A DNA stretch of 64,000 bases from Picochlorum sp. SENEW3 (GCA_034226945.1 CP120457.1:434001-498000), one strand, 5' to 3'. Positions 11,937-23,930 are shown, numbered from the stretch's first letter. The notes: generated by a model not told the origin, from the letters alone. Translations and numbers: made by a program.

Positions 11937-12632
11937 ATGTCGCTCTTTTCTTCTGGAAATGTGTCCCACATGACCAAGGTTCTGAGGAAAAAGACGGCAA
12001 AATCCGTCGAAATATTCTTCCCAAGAGGTAAAAAATCATCTAAAGAAAGTGATCAATCAGAACCTGAGGCATCAGCGGAAGAAAGCCATCCAAGGAATCT
12101 TTCTGGAAAAAACACGACCAAGTCTTCTGCGTTGCTCCCTGTACAACAGCGTGATCATGCTCATCCACACGATAGAAAACCTCTTGGGAAAAAGGATCTA
12201 GTAGCAGCATTACCAGTGTATTTTCCTGAAGATGCAGTGGTCGCAGTCTTCCGGGAGCAAGGGGGTGTTTGCTTGAGTCAGAACTATAACCACCAGAACC
12301 ATGTGGGCGACTTTGAGAGTATTACACGTAGTGTTGATGGGGGTGATCGGGATGAGGCCATTCGACAAGGGATTATGTTCCAAGGAAGGCGTTTTGAAGT
12401 ATATCGATATCACCCACCTCTTGTCTATGGTCGGGTTGCGGGGGTGCCAACGAGCGAGTCTGTGGGGATTGCTGTGATCAAGCACACCATCATTCACCAT
12501 GATTGCTTGACTGAGGATGGTGAAGAGATTGACAAAGGAACGTATTGTTACATGGTGGTGACATATATATTGCCAGAGACATCCGCTAGAATCTTGACCC
12601 AGGCACTGTCATATTGCTCCAAGTTCCTCTAA
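11937..12632 (+). CDS. Profilin-like fold protein (divergent)
   Basis: GIMFQGRRFEVYRYHPPLVYGR...GIAVIK...MVVTY.LP resembles the profilin core. Confidence 0.5.
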   Translation: MSLFSSGNVSHMTKVLRKKTAKSVEIFFPRGKKSSKESDQSEPEASAEESHPRNLSGKNTTKSSALLPVQQRDHAHPHDRKPLGKKDLVAALPVYFPEDAVVAVFREQGGVCLSQNYNHQNHVGDFESITRSVDGGDRDEAIRQGIMFQGRRFEVYRYHPPLVYGRVAGVPTSESVGIAVIKHTIIHHDCLTEDGEEIDKGTYCYMVVTYILPETSARILTQALSYCSKFL

Positions 12633-13573
12633 GCTGCTTGTCAAGAGTGCATTGTGTTCAAACCATGTCGATGCGTGAATAGTCTCGTCAGAGAACCATT
12701 CCTCATGAAATCGTCGTCGAAAGGCTGCTGACGTAAATATATCTCCCTCCTCTGGGGCACAGATGATGTTGATATCCTCACCATGGAGCCTGAATCGTAT
12801 TGCTGCTGCATGCAAGTATCCCCGCTCTGGGCTCTGGGCACGTGTGCCATATCTCAAGTCCCCAAGTATGGCAGAGCCGATAGATTTCATACTCACGCGT
12901 ATTTGATGGGTTTTGCCCGTACTAGGTTTAAGTAGAAAAGAATATACAGGGGCTTCGGATTCCGTTATCACAAGTTTTGACGACACAAACGCCGTCATTG
13001 CTGGGCTGTCCATGCTTCGAGCAAGTTTGTACGATCCCCGTCTCGATTTCAGAATATCACCTCGAATTCTTCCCATTTTCTTTTTTGGTTTTCGATCAGA
13101 AATAGCAACATAATATCTGTATTGTATGTCATACAAGTCGAGTCTGTATATATATATGTATACATGTGAGCAAAGAAGAAACATACTTGTGTACTGAATT
13201 TGATTCAAACAGAGCACCCATCTCTCCAGCAGCTTCCTTGGACTTTGCACACAAGAGCACACCCGATGTGATAGAATCCAGCCTGTTAACATAGACACAA
13301 GGTCGTTGTGAGAAGGATCCTTGACAACAGATTGTATACAATAGACGATACCCACCGATGTACCGGAAAGAGGTCCGTTACTGACTGATCATGGAACCTC
13401 TCGTCCATCAGAACCTCTTTCATCGATTGAAAATACCCTTTTGATGTTTTTGATGAGTGAAATGATGCATTTGGATGCTTATTCAGCGCAATGACATGCG
13501 CATTTTCGAAAATGACTCGCGGACTATGCATGGACTCGTTTCGTATCAACCCTGACGATGGCCTTCGTAACAT
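12609..13573 (-). CDS. RluA-family RNA pseudouridine synthase (3 exons)
   Basis: ALNKH, PVHR|LDSITSG, TGKTHQIRV, ILGDLRY, LHA. Confidence 0.9.
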
Positions 13574-13709
13574 TACATATTCAGTTGAATCTTGATTAAA
13601 TACAGATGAATAAAGTATCAGATTATTGACCTGTCCGTATCACGTCTTTATCATGAAATAAAAATGCGTCTTCGTTCTTGGTGGTGGAAAACCCATGTCA
13701 TGACCATCA

Positions 13710-14893
13710 TCATCGTCGTCGTCGTCTTCCCCATGTATGTGTCCAATACGTCAACACGTACGCATCTGGATACTCCTCACGACACATCTTTGTCACCTTT
13801 TCCGTGTGAATCTCCTTTGGCTTGCACTTCTCCCTGAATAATTCTCTCTTCTCTTTACCCTCATATGCATGCCAATCATCCACAAACACCTTGCCAGCCT
13901 TTACTATTGTAATTGTTGGGTCATCGCCTCGAATACTGTTCCACGCATCCACAGCTTGTTTCAAAATTATAGGACCAGTGAGTTGCTCTGGTTGAATATA
14001 CTCTTCCGGTTCTTTGGCAAACAGCAGCTCTTCAATCAGTGTGGTGAAAAAGATCCAGAACGGATGCCCTGGGCTTGATGCAAACCATGCATTCTGCATC
14101 ATACATCAATTATTATCTTGTATCAACTAAATGTTAATACATATACAATGGAAAACAAGTGCACGCACCGGAATGTTGTGAGAAAAGTCGACATCTGTTG
14201 ACATTTCAGCCAGATACACTGTGTTGTCCGTCACCAATCTATCCATTGGCCTCAGGCACCATGTATCCAAATCAGCATACACACCTCCATACTTGTGCAT
14301 ATACAATCCTCTGCACATATACATGCGTAGACACATGTGATTGACGATACATGCACCCAATGCATGTATATATCATGCTGGTACGCACCTGATCATATCT
14401 GCCCTGTTAATCGGATACGGCATTCCTTCATACGATTTCAAGAACTCGGGATAATACTTTTTGACAAACCTGTCATTATCGGCATCAGTCCAGAATCTAT
14501 ACTCCCAGGTGGGATTGAGTTTCTTCCAACTCTCTGACCTGCATCATACCATCATCTATCAATACCTGATGACAGATCATCGCAGTATCAATCACCATAC
14601 CATCTCTTAAAGTTTTCAGGAATATCCTTATTCTTCCATGACTGATGAATAATCTCAGGCACAGGCCCAGCCTCCCAAGCCTCTCCAAGCACACTCTTTC
14701 CATACGCCTCACACACCGCATCATTGTCCAACTTTGCCACCCAGAACGAGATATCTCCAGACTTTGCCCTCCTCTTACAGCTTGCCACATCCCATTGCAC
14801 CTTGTATTGGTGTAATGTTGGCCCTCGCAGGAGGACCAGCCCGCCAGTCAACGCCAGCGCAACTGCGACGGCCAAGAACCTAAGCGATAGCAT
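13710..14893 (-). CDS. Glycosyltransferase family 32 (OCH1/SUR1-like, DxD), multi-exon
   Basis: N-terminal signal anchor, VPEIIHQSWK, YGGVYADLD, NAWFASSPGHPFW, TGP. Confidence 0.88.
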
Positions 14894-15348
14894 TTTTATC
14901 AGCGTTCCTGTGACGATTAATTAGATAATATCTATTGATGACCTATGAATCGCTCATAACCGACTCTGGAAGTACAATGAGCCACACGTGTTTTCTTGAA
15001 CAACGCTGCGTCGTTGATTGGGGATCTGTGACCCTGTATGACCAGATTGGACGATCTGGTTCTCTTCAAATGATATTCTAGTACACTTTATTATGTATTA
15101 GATATCAATGGGCGACTATTATTAACCATCATCTTGGTCATGGGGAGAGTTCCACATCGCACAGTCCAAGCCATGTCTGGGGGCGGCATCCACATCAGCA
15201 TGACCATGGTAACGAGTCATGCCAACATCATTCATGACATGTTAACACGAATAACGCAATACAATACAATAGAGGAGAGAGAGAGAGCGCGCAAAAGAGC
15301 AAAGACACACGTGTTACAGGAAAAAGAAAAACTACATGGTGGTTGAAC

Positions 15349-15754
15349 CTACAGCCCTGGGCTCTCTTTTGGAACATACACGAGCTGCTTTTCTTTGACA
15401 AATGGCCTTCTAGATTCTGGATGTGATGCTGTTGTTAATGCACCGAGAGCTGCAAACGATAAGAGTCCTCCAGCCAGCCATGTCAGTGCATATCGCGGTG
15501 TCACCTGTGTGTAGTCGTCCAGACAAGGTTCTGGCACAGTGGTCCCATCATCCCATGTCCTGCAAACCAAATGCAACCATATAGCAAAAATACGATCGTA
15601 TACACGAGTGTTATAAAACCTACATTTCATCCTGCTCCGCCAAGGGCTGAGAAGGTGGCTCTGGACGGGCCAAAGGTCCCCCACCTCCACCCCGAACAGC
15701 AATAGCATTCCTTGCTTGCCGTGCACTTCTAGAGATGGCAACAATGGATTTCAT
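15349..15754 (-). CDS. NDUFB8: Mitochondrial complex I subunit NDUFB8/ASHI
   Basis: MKSIVAISRSARQAR...PLAEQDE|WDDGT..PEPCLD...ALTWLAGGL. One intron. Confidence 0.8.
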
Positions 15755-16109
15755 TTCCCAATTTGTATATATATGTGGTAGTAATCAATGTCTACGGTGC
15801 TACGTCGTCGTTGAAATCGCTGCTCAAGGATTCATGAATGGCTCTCTGCGATAGACGGGTTGGTATTGATAGGCGATACTGTTGGTTATTATTAAAATAC
15901 AATTTTTTCGATTCTGTGAAGATGACGCATAGGTTTCTTCTATTTATTGCCGAGAGGGAATCAGTCCCATCAAGGTTTTGGCTGTTTTAATGTTCTATTT
16001 ATGAACAGAGAGGATCTCGAGAGAGCTGGCCATGGTAGGTAGGCCACATGTGGTATCCATCTTGAAAATCATCATCATCATAGGACACCAGTCTATACAT
16101 ACGCATGTA

Positions 16110-16194
16110 TAGTAGTAGTAGTAGTAGTAGTTCACAGTGTTACCAACCTATAATAATAATGAAAACATCATGTATTGATGCAAAATGAAACAGG

Positions 16195-16229
<35 letters not shown>
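16110..16229. repeat. Microsatellites (TAG)n and (TTG)n
   Basis: The agt run at about 16110-16131 and the ttg run at about 16198-16229. Confidence 0.9.
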
Positions 16230-17831
16230 CAAAAATCCCAAACGGCTTTCGCTCCTGCCAGTACTGTCCATGCCTCTCCTTGTCTGACTGCCACCATACC
16301 AGGGTGGCATGACATTCCATTACCAAGATCGAATTCCGTCGAAAACTCGAGAGTATCGGGTCTCATGTCAACTGCATTTGATGATGTGTTGACCATGCTC
16401 TTTCCCATGCTGGCCACCCATCTGGCAAATCCGTCAGCCATCTTGTCACCGACTGAAACATTCCATGTGGTTGTATTTGCATTCATCATAGTTTTAGGAG
16501 AATCGCTTGCCATCCATCCATGGACGGCGAGATTCTGTCCTAGGGAGAGGGCAAAGCTGGTGCTCACCTCCACTGCGGGAGTGGCACCATCATTCGATAC
16601 CCTGGAGGATGTCAAAAAGTCTGCGGCGTATCGAACCAGGTTGGACCCCTGATCTCCTTGTTGAGATTCTAATAAAGATATTCCAATCGATAGCGCTTTG
16701 GTTGGCGCAGCGAGAAGTTGCACCAGGGCCTTATCATCTGCCTCCTCTCCTTCATTCTTGAAATACGCTCCAGTGAACCAGAGTCTCGATGAGCTCAGCG
16801 TCGCTCCGACCACGGATCCTCGCCCCCTATCATGTAATAAAGGGTTGCCTTCTGAAGTCCCTGCTGTAAGTCCACGTCCAGAGAATGGATTCAGTGTGTA
16901 TGTCACATCATTCCCACGAGCACCAAATGGTGCAAACATGAGCCTGACATGTGGACTCAACCCAAATGAATACAAAACCTTTTGAAGATTAAATTGATCT
17001 TCTGACGAACCGTCAATATCAACATCAGCGAGAATGAAATCTTTACCTTGCCGGAACTGCCCACGCGTCTGCAATGTCAATGACGTTCCCAACTGCATCC
17101 CAGTCTCAACCAGAGGATCCACAGTAGAGTCTGGATCGCCACCAGACCACAGCAGCCCCCCACCAAGAACAAGTCTTCCACCAACGGATCGCATCAAACC
17201 GCTCCCGGATCGCTGCACATCCACGTTCCTGTGCGCTCCTGACGATTCCTTGTGTGGAGAAGACACCCGAGAGGCATGCATCCCTGGAGCAGCATCCTCA
17301 TCATCACGTATGATACCCAATCGCTCCTCTACAGCAGATAATCGCTGCCTCACATCAACATCCTTTTCGAACAACTCACGCACAAGGCGTTTCAATGCAT
17401 TGATAGGATCCCTACACAGTCCATAGATATTGTTGTTTCAATTGTTCAACATCCATACACATTGCAGTGTCCACGTACGAGTCATACCCACGCTCTTCCT
17501 TCTTCTTTCTATCCCTCATCGATTTGAAATAAAAGGATGGTATACCAAGGACCATCAAACCAAGTATAAATGAGATGGAATCGAATCGTCGTTTTGGTTC
17601 GTCGTCGTCGCCAAAGTCGTCCCTCCAAAAGTTTTCACTTCCACCTCCACCTGGAGGACCTGCTCCATTGCATCGTATACGATTATGAATAGGTTTAGAT
17701 GTTTTTGATGGGAATGGAACTGAGGGAATCACTCTGATCACCCGAGTAGTAGTCCCTCGAGGAAACACTCCCGCCTTGGGACCGAAAGAGACCGCCACGT
17801 TTCCTCCTGCTCCTCTTGATATCCGGTGCAT
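16229..17831 (-). CDS. Plastid-targeted predicted beta-barrel, cyanobacterial-porin (OprB/SomA)-like
   Basis: Exons 17831-17479 and 17411-16229 join in frame (511 aa). Transit-like N-terminus, one hydrophobic helix, a coiled coil, then amphipathic strands ending in WDF. Confidence 0.6.
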
Positions 17832-17878
17832 CGCAATATATAAGGTATTATTACTATTGAATACTGAATGGCTCAATA

Positions 17879-19166
17879 TTACATACAGATGCAGGCGTGG
17901 CATTGTTGCCAATCTTTTGTCATCCTGCTATTTTTATTCGGATTCTGCCTGCTGTGTTGTTGTTGTTGGGTCTTGTTCGCACAATGGCAATCCTCATCAT
18001 AGTATCTCCAAGACCCGTATCCATACACACGAGCCATAATGGTGGCAAGTCGAGGATCATGCTCTATCAATCGATCACGAGTCTTGATTCCAGACGTCAC
18101 ATCATCCCTCTTGGTTGCATGAAACCACGCCTGAGACATTTCAGCCCAGTACTCTTCTGGATTGGCCATCACATAGCTCTGTGGATCATACATATTGTTC
18201 CGAAGGGCAGCATAGTAGGCATCCTTAATACCACAGTACAAGTCTGTATCATTATATAGTCCCAGATTCATGACGGCATGGGCGAATTCGTGAACTAGTA
18301 TAGATTCGTATGGATACCTGTCTTTTCCCACCACCCCAAGAATGTTGTCTTCTCCACAGCTGAGGACAGGACAGGCAACCGTCGCACCCAAACCGCGAGT
18401 ATCATGTTCAAATGATCTTTTTGAACTCGTGGAGGAACGAGTAGCATGTGATGGTGGCTCTATGTACTCTCCCCGCAGATGCGCATGAGCAGGTATATCA
18501 GTTGTTTTCTGATCACGCCCAATGATGGCAACTTCCAATCCCAAGCACAGCATGGAATCAATCATATGAAGAGGGACAGATTCCAACATCCGATCTATAA
18601 TCTCTATGGATTTCTCTACCGCAGCATACTCGACTGCATGCACAAAGGAACATATAGGTATCCCATGCGCCGTGGCCCCTCGGCATGTGTATTGTCCCCA
18701 CTCCTCATCCCGTGGACTCGGTAGACAGGAATGTATATGATGCAGTGGCACCAAGGCATCATGGCTGGTTACTTCTACGACACACATGTCCTGGGTGTTC
18801 GTGTATATAGACACTGTGCTGTACGAATCCTGCGCACAAAATCTACCAATGACCTGTCCCTGAGGATACAGCCGTACCACCCACGAGTGATTCACATACG
18901 TCTCTGCACCATTAGGGTAGTAGTACTGTTGATATACCAAGTATTCATAAAAATGAAGAAGAAGAAGAAGCAAACGAAAAAAGAGAGAAAGCAAAAGTTG
19001 CCGTACGTTGGGTATACACCTGCCCAGGGCAAATCCTTGTATACAGCCTCTCCTCTCCATCATGATGGATCCAGTACAAAGCCACCCCCTGCCCATCCGT
19101 CACATTTGATACTCGCACTAGAGCATGATCAGCTCTCCCTCTCATCTCTTGATCACTCCTCTTCAC
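17879..19166 (-). CDS. VHL-beta-domain plus zincin metallopeptidase (HEFAH)
   Basis: VALYWIHHDGEERLY...PGQVYTQ|QTYVNHSWVVR (VHL beta), then ILVHEFAHAV...EEYWAE...HDP. Start codon uncertain. Confidence 0.75.
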
Positions 19167-19527
19167 ACTGACTCCAACAAGGGACGTCCCCTCTGCTCTG
19201 TTCTTCCCTCGTGCATATTATTACTATCATAGATATGTAGGGGTGTATGCCCTGCCCGGCATGTATTTTTCTTCTCGTTTTCAAATTAATAGCATTACTA
19301 GTATTAACAAATCATATCACACTATGAGGATGGAACAGAAGAAGGACACGTTTATTCTAGTTTTTCAACTTGCTTCTTCCGTATTTTTAATATAAAAAAC
19401 TGCAGTCGTGGACCAACTTACCATAGCACATGCTCTTCTCTTACAAAGACCAGTAATACCTAATAATACACTCCGATCCATACATGAATTAGAACTTATG
19501 GAATAATAGTCGATAAAAATCATCATC

Positions 19528-20966
19528 ATGGATCCATTTTATGTCGGGTTTGCCATGTCAGGTACGTGTCTAAGAAAATACCAAGAAGGAACGATTATCA
19601 ATGCACTGCATCATCAGCAGTATCATGATGACATACATAATCCATCCATCTTCATGTAGTGTATCAATGTAGCGGGGATGAAAAGGGGTCGCCGTCGAAT
19701 TGGGGACATTGGAATGACACATGGAAGACCATGTTTGGGAGAACAAAGATTGCAGGTGGTCGGACATGCGGTGAATCGAATGATTTCTGGAATTTATACA
19801 AAGAGGATATAGATCGGGCTGCTGAGATGGGGTCGAATGCGTTTCGGTTGTCTTTGGAATGGAGCAGATTGCAGCCCAAGGGGCCTGGGCAGGATTTTGA
19901 CTCCAAGGCGGTGTCTCGATTCCATGAGATTTTGGATTATTTGATAGAATCCAAGAAAATGGAGCCGTTTGTGTCACTTCATCACTATGTTCATCCGCAA
20001 TGGTTTGAATCTCTGGGTGGGTTTACCAAACGGGATAATATTCGGTACTTTGTAGACTACTGCACAGCAGCGTACAAGGAGTTTGGGAGCAAGGTGAGGT
20101 TTTGGTGTACATTTAATGAGCCAGGGGTAGCTTCTTTTGCTGGATTTATACACGGATCGTTTCCCCCTGGGAAACTGATGAGGTTTCATGGATATGGCAT
20201 GCATCTGAGGAATATGCTTATTGCTCATACGGAAGCGTATGATGCGATAAAATCTCTTCCTGGTGCGTCCTCAAGCTCTATAGGAATAGTTCATAATTGG
20301 TTTTGGTTTGAACCGGTCAAGCCTGGGTCGTGCTGCTGGTTCACGCCTCCATATGTCACATGCATGGCAAACCTGTTGAATAGAATGTGGGGGAATGATA
20401 TTTTAATACGGTACTTGAACACTGGTGAATTTGATTACAATCCCTTGTGGGGATTGTATGGTAGAATACAGTATACAAACCCTGGGGGCAAGCCAGGCTG
20501 CGACCATTTTGGGCTCAACTACTACTCCAGGGGACTCATGGATTGGAAACTGGCAGCGAGTAAAAACCCAGGGGAGATGATGACGGATATGCCGTATGCA
20601 CTGTATGCAGAGGGTATCTTTAAAGCGCTTGAAGGGATTAGCGTGCTCAATATACCCATCTATATCACAGAAACAGGTGTTGCTGATTCGGGTGACTCTG
20701 TCCGTCCTGTCATGATTCAAACATACATGTCAGCCATTGAGCAGGCTATTCGTGCTGGACATGATATTCGAGGAGTGCTGTATTGGTCATTGGTAGATAA
20801 TTTTGAGTGGGCATTCGGATACACGATGAAATTTGGGATATACGAGTGGGATGCATCGTCTCAGCAACGACTCTGTCGTCAGAGCGGACAGTTGCTCAAG
20901 CATTGGTTTAAACGACTCGTCCAACTTTCTGCTGCACGACCAGTCCCTGCTCTGATGAATTCATAA
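19528..20966 (+). CDS. Glycoside hydrolase family 1 beta-glucosidase
   Basis: FRLSLEWSR, TFNEP, YITETG, WSLVDNFEW. Short first exon from ATG 19528. Confidence 0.93.
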
Positions 20967-21051
20967 GTGATAAAATTGTGTTTTGTTTTACTATTGAGAG
21001 AATTTCACCATCCATGGTGTTTTAATTCACTAGTTCTCGGGAAGAGTGTCA

Positions 21052-22501
21052 ATGTCGTCGACAACGAATCATCAGTTTGAACGCGTTTTCATCCTCTTTT
21101 GTTTCATCCTCTGCCTTGTTGGGGTGGAGGGTACCATTTGGAACCCAGATATTTTCCCCAACCCTAAACGTGACACGTATTTGTGTGGAAGGAATGGGCG
21201 GAAGAGTAATATTTGTGACCCAGACTCTGTTCTCTCGACCAGAGCGGCAGACAGGATAGAAGGCATTATTCAAGATGTGCAGGAAGGCATGTCTCCGTAT
21301 CGACAGGATCAATGCGGGTCGAAAGGAGTTCAGGGATACCAGGTAGGTCGACGGTGTTTGGAACAAGAAGGCACTGAGCTTCTTCTTCTTCGTACCTCTG
21401 ATGATGTGATATGACATGTAGATTGCTGTGGCAGTGATGAAAAAGATGAAGGTGGAGCACAGTATGGATCCACAAGGTGCGGCGAGAGAGTTTGCCAAAC
21501 AACTTCATGCACGGTGGGGTGTTGGTATGGCAGAGTGTGATAATGGGGTGTTGGTGTTGCTGTCTGTGGGGGATCGGCAAGTGTATATATCCACCGGGAA
21601 ACAATCAGCTACTGTGCTGAGCACAGATAATCTCAACCTCATCATCTCATGGATGATTCCGTATTTGAAGAATAAGAATTATGATGAAGCTGTGATTCGA
21701 GCTGTGACAAACATTGGTCTTGGGTTGAGTGGATGGGAGTTGTCCAAGGATGATCCTGCCTGGAGTGCTGGACTCCTCTTCTTCCTGCTTGTCTTTGGCT
21801 TTGTCGCATTTTCATTGATTTCTGGCAGTATAGCATCTAGAAAAAGGAAAAAGCGATTAGAAACGTGCAAGGATGTGCTCAAGCGCATCAAAGAGGAGCA
21901 AGACAAGGTGCAGAGTCAGGAATGGTCCCAGCACAAGACCTGTCCCGTGTGTCTTGAACCATTCCATGATGATTGTGATGAGACGCAGATCGAAGAAGAT
22001 GAACGACAGGAACTCACAGCGACTGAGAGACGTCGTATCATATTACAATGTGGACATGCTGTGTGTGAACCATGCCTACAAGCATGGATGGAACAGAGCA
22101 GATCCTGTCCAGTATGCAGACAAGATGTGGAAGGCAACGATGATGACGATAGAAAACGTTCTGAGCGATCAGAAGCGCCCTCATCGTCATCTCGTATCCA
22201 AACAATGGGCCATGCGCTGGCTGGTGATGCCCTGGCAGCAGACCTGATATACCGCCTCCGCAGAGCTCAACGCATGTATCCAGAGTACATTACAGACGAT
22301 TTGATTGACGATTGGAATACAGATACATCTCAGACAGGAACATTCAATTTCGGTAGGTTCTCAGACCATCAGGTGAGGCATCAAGCCATTGCTGCTGCTC
22401 AAGAACGATCAGGCCATTTTGGGAATGCTGCCTCATTTGGTGGTGGTGGTGGTGCAAGTGGTGGTGGTGCAAGTGGTGGGGGCGCAGGTGGCGGTTGGTA
22501 A
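21052..22501 (+). CDS. Signal peptide, TPM (MOLO-1-like) domain, TM helix and RING-HC protein
   Basis: ICDPD, W.VG...CDNGVLVLLSVGDRQVYISTG, a TM helix, CPVC...CGHAVCEPC...CPVC and a Gly-rich tail. Intron about 21343-21421. Confidence 0.85.
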
Positions 22502-22567
22502 TTCAATTACACTATCATTCATCATGTAGTATATATAAATATTTAAAAAAAGTATAAGTAAAAAAAT

Positions 22568-23221
22568 ATGAAGCAGCAGTATGTCCTTGTACAGTGTTTG
22601 GAATGTCAACTGTTTCAGGTACACATTGAGAAGAAGAAAACACATGCGAAATTCACCTGTACAGTCTGTCGTTGCATTCAAACAATAAAAAGAATATTTG
22701 CGAAGAGTTGTAAAGCCAGTGATTGTAGAAAATTGTGCCAAGAGTATAATGCACGGCCACAACCGTTCAACGCAACGGCAACCGAAAACGACTCCATCCA
22801 TACAGAACCGGCCCAGGATGATGTGAAAGAAGATGATGATGATGCGTTTGATGGATGGGCTGGGTTTGTGAGCGAGGAAGAGAGAGAGGACAGGGTAGGA
22901 ATGCCTGGGCAGGGAGGAATGCAGTTGGGAGACAACAGCCGGTGGGGTGAGGAACGCGATGATTATGCCACCCATCCCACAAACAAGAGAAAGAGAGATG
23001 CTTTGCCTCCGTCACATGGGCCGAGGGCGATGGGTCATTGTCGGGCATTGAGTCCTTACAACACAGAGAGACCACAGCAGCAGCAGCAGCAGATGTGGGA
23101 GGACAAGGGACTTTCTGTTCTAGATGGCGCATCACATGCTTGTACGAGGGGTATTGATACACAGAATGGCGAGACGCCTGCTCAGGATGGGGATGCGTGG
23201 TTTGCCGAATACTTGGCCTGA
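22568..23221 (+). CDS. MRNIP: MRN-interacting protein-like (UPF0544)
   Basis: VQCLECQLFQV..KK...KFTCTVC...QTIKRIFA...ASDCRK.CQEYN. Confidence 0.8.
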   Translation: MKQQYVLVQCLECQLFQVHIEKKKTHAKFTCTVCRCIQTIKRIFAKSCKASDCRKLCQEYNARPQPFNATATENDSIHTEPAQDDVKEDDDDAFDGWAGFVSEEEREDRVGMPGQGGMQLGDNSRWGEERDDYATHPTNKRKRDALPPSHGPRAMGHCRALSPYNTERPQQQQQQMWEDKGLSVLDGASHACTRGIDTQNGETPAQDGDAWFAEYLA

Positions 23222-23434
23222 TTTGAGAAGAGGGATCATGGGACGAGGATTTGGGCGCTGGCGGGAACTTTTTGAAAAATTTCAAACTCCATCCAGGATC
23301 CAATGTGATGGCTGGGTTGGACCCCGATGTCTCATAAATTGATTGTCATTTATTTATTTATACACATAATACTCAGTTGAGTGTAATTGAAGTTGTTAGA
23401 TTTGGCCCTTGAAGCTCCTCTGTCGACGCGCAAG

Positions 23435-23451
23435 CTCCCCGCGCATTTGAA
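23435..23451 (+). promoter_or_regulatory. CDE/CHR-like cell-cycle element (GC-rich box plus TTTGAA)
   Basis: CTCCCCGCGCATTTGAA about 90 nt upstream of the KEN/D-box gene. Confidence 0.3.
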
Positions 23452-23537
23452 ATTGGCAAACCCTGCACGGCTACTGTGAGACCCGATTGCGTTGCATTTC
23501 AACACACTCATATCATATATACATTAATTGATGGGAA

Positions 23538-23930
23538 ATGGAGATATATAGGGACGAGCTATCTGAGCATCGCCAGCAGTCCTCTAGGGCGGGGCAGGCT
23601 GTTAACAACACCAAGTTTGGCGAGAATAAGGAGAATCAGGAGCAACGACGTGAGGGCTCTGATGAAGTAGTAGTTATGAATGCTGCACAGCAGTCTCCTT
23701 CTAGAGGACGGAGGAATAACCGCAAGGACACTGACGTGGTCCAGAGGACTGTGCTTGAAGATGTGACCCATAGATACACTGGTAGTGGAGTGCAACAAGC
23801 CACCATGACTGATGACGTGATAGATGGTGGACATCAGCAAGAGCCGCTTGCCCTTGAAAGGCGAGATGAAGGTTCTCGCCCTAGAAGGCCTAGGGCACCT
23901 CGCAGTAATTTTACACGGATGATGCGGTGA
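23538..23930 (+). CDS. Small KEN-box/D-box/MR-tail protein (OSD1/UVI4-like candidate)
   Basis: NKENQ, SPSR, RTVLEDVTH and a C-terminal RMMR. Confidence 0.6.
   Translation: MEIYRDELSEHRQQSSRAGQAVNNTKFGENKENQEQRREGSDEVVVMNAAQQSPSRGRRNNRKDTDVVQRTVLEDVTHRYTGSGVQQATMTDDVIDGGHQQEPLALERRDEGSRPRRPRAPRSNFTRMMR

Noticed and set aside
11882..11937. TPR to profilin-like as bicistronic (54-nt gap)
   Set aside because: TGTAA is present in the spacer. TGTAA likewise overlaps the upstream stop at the 2008/2092 and 17879/17831 junctions.
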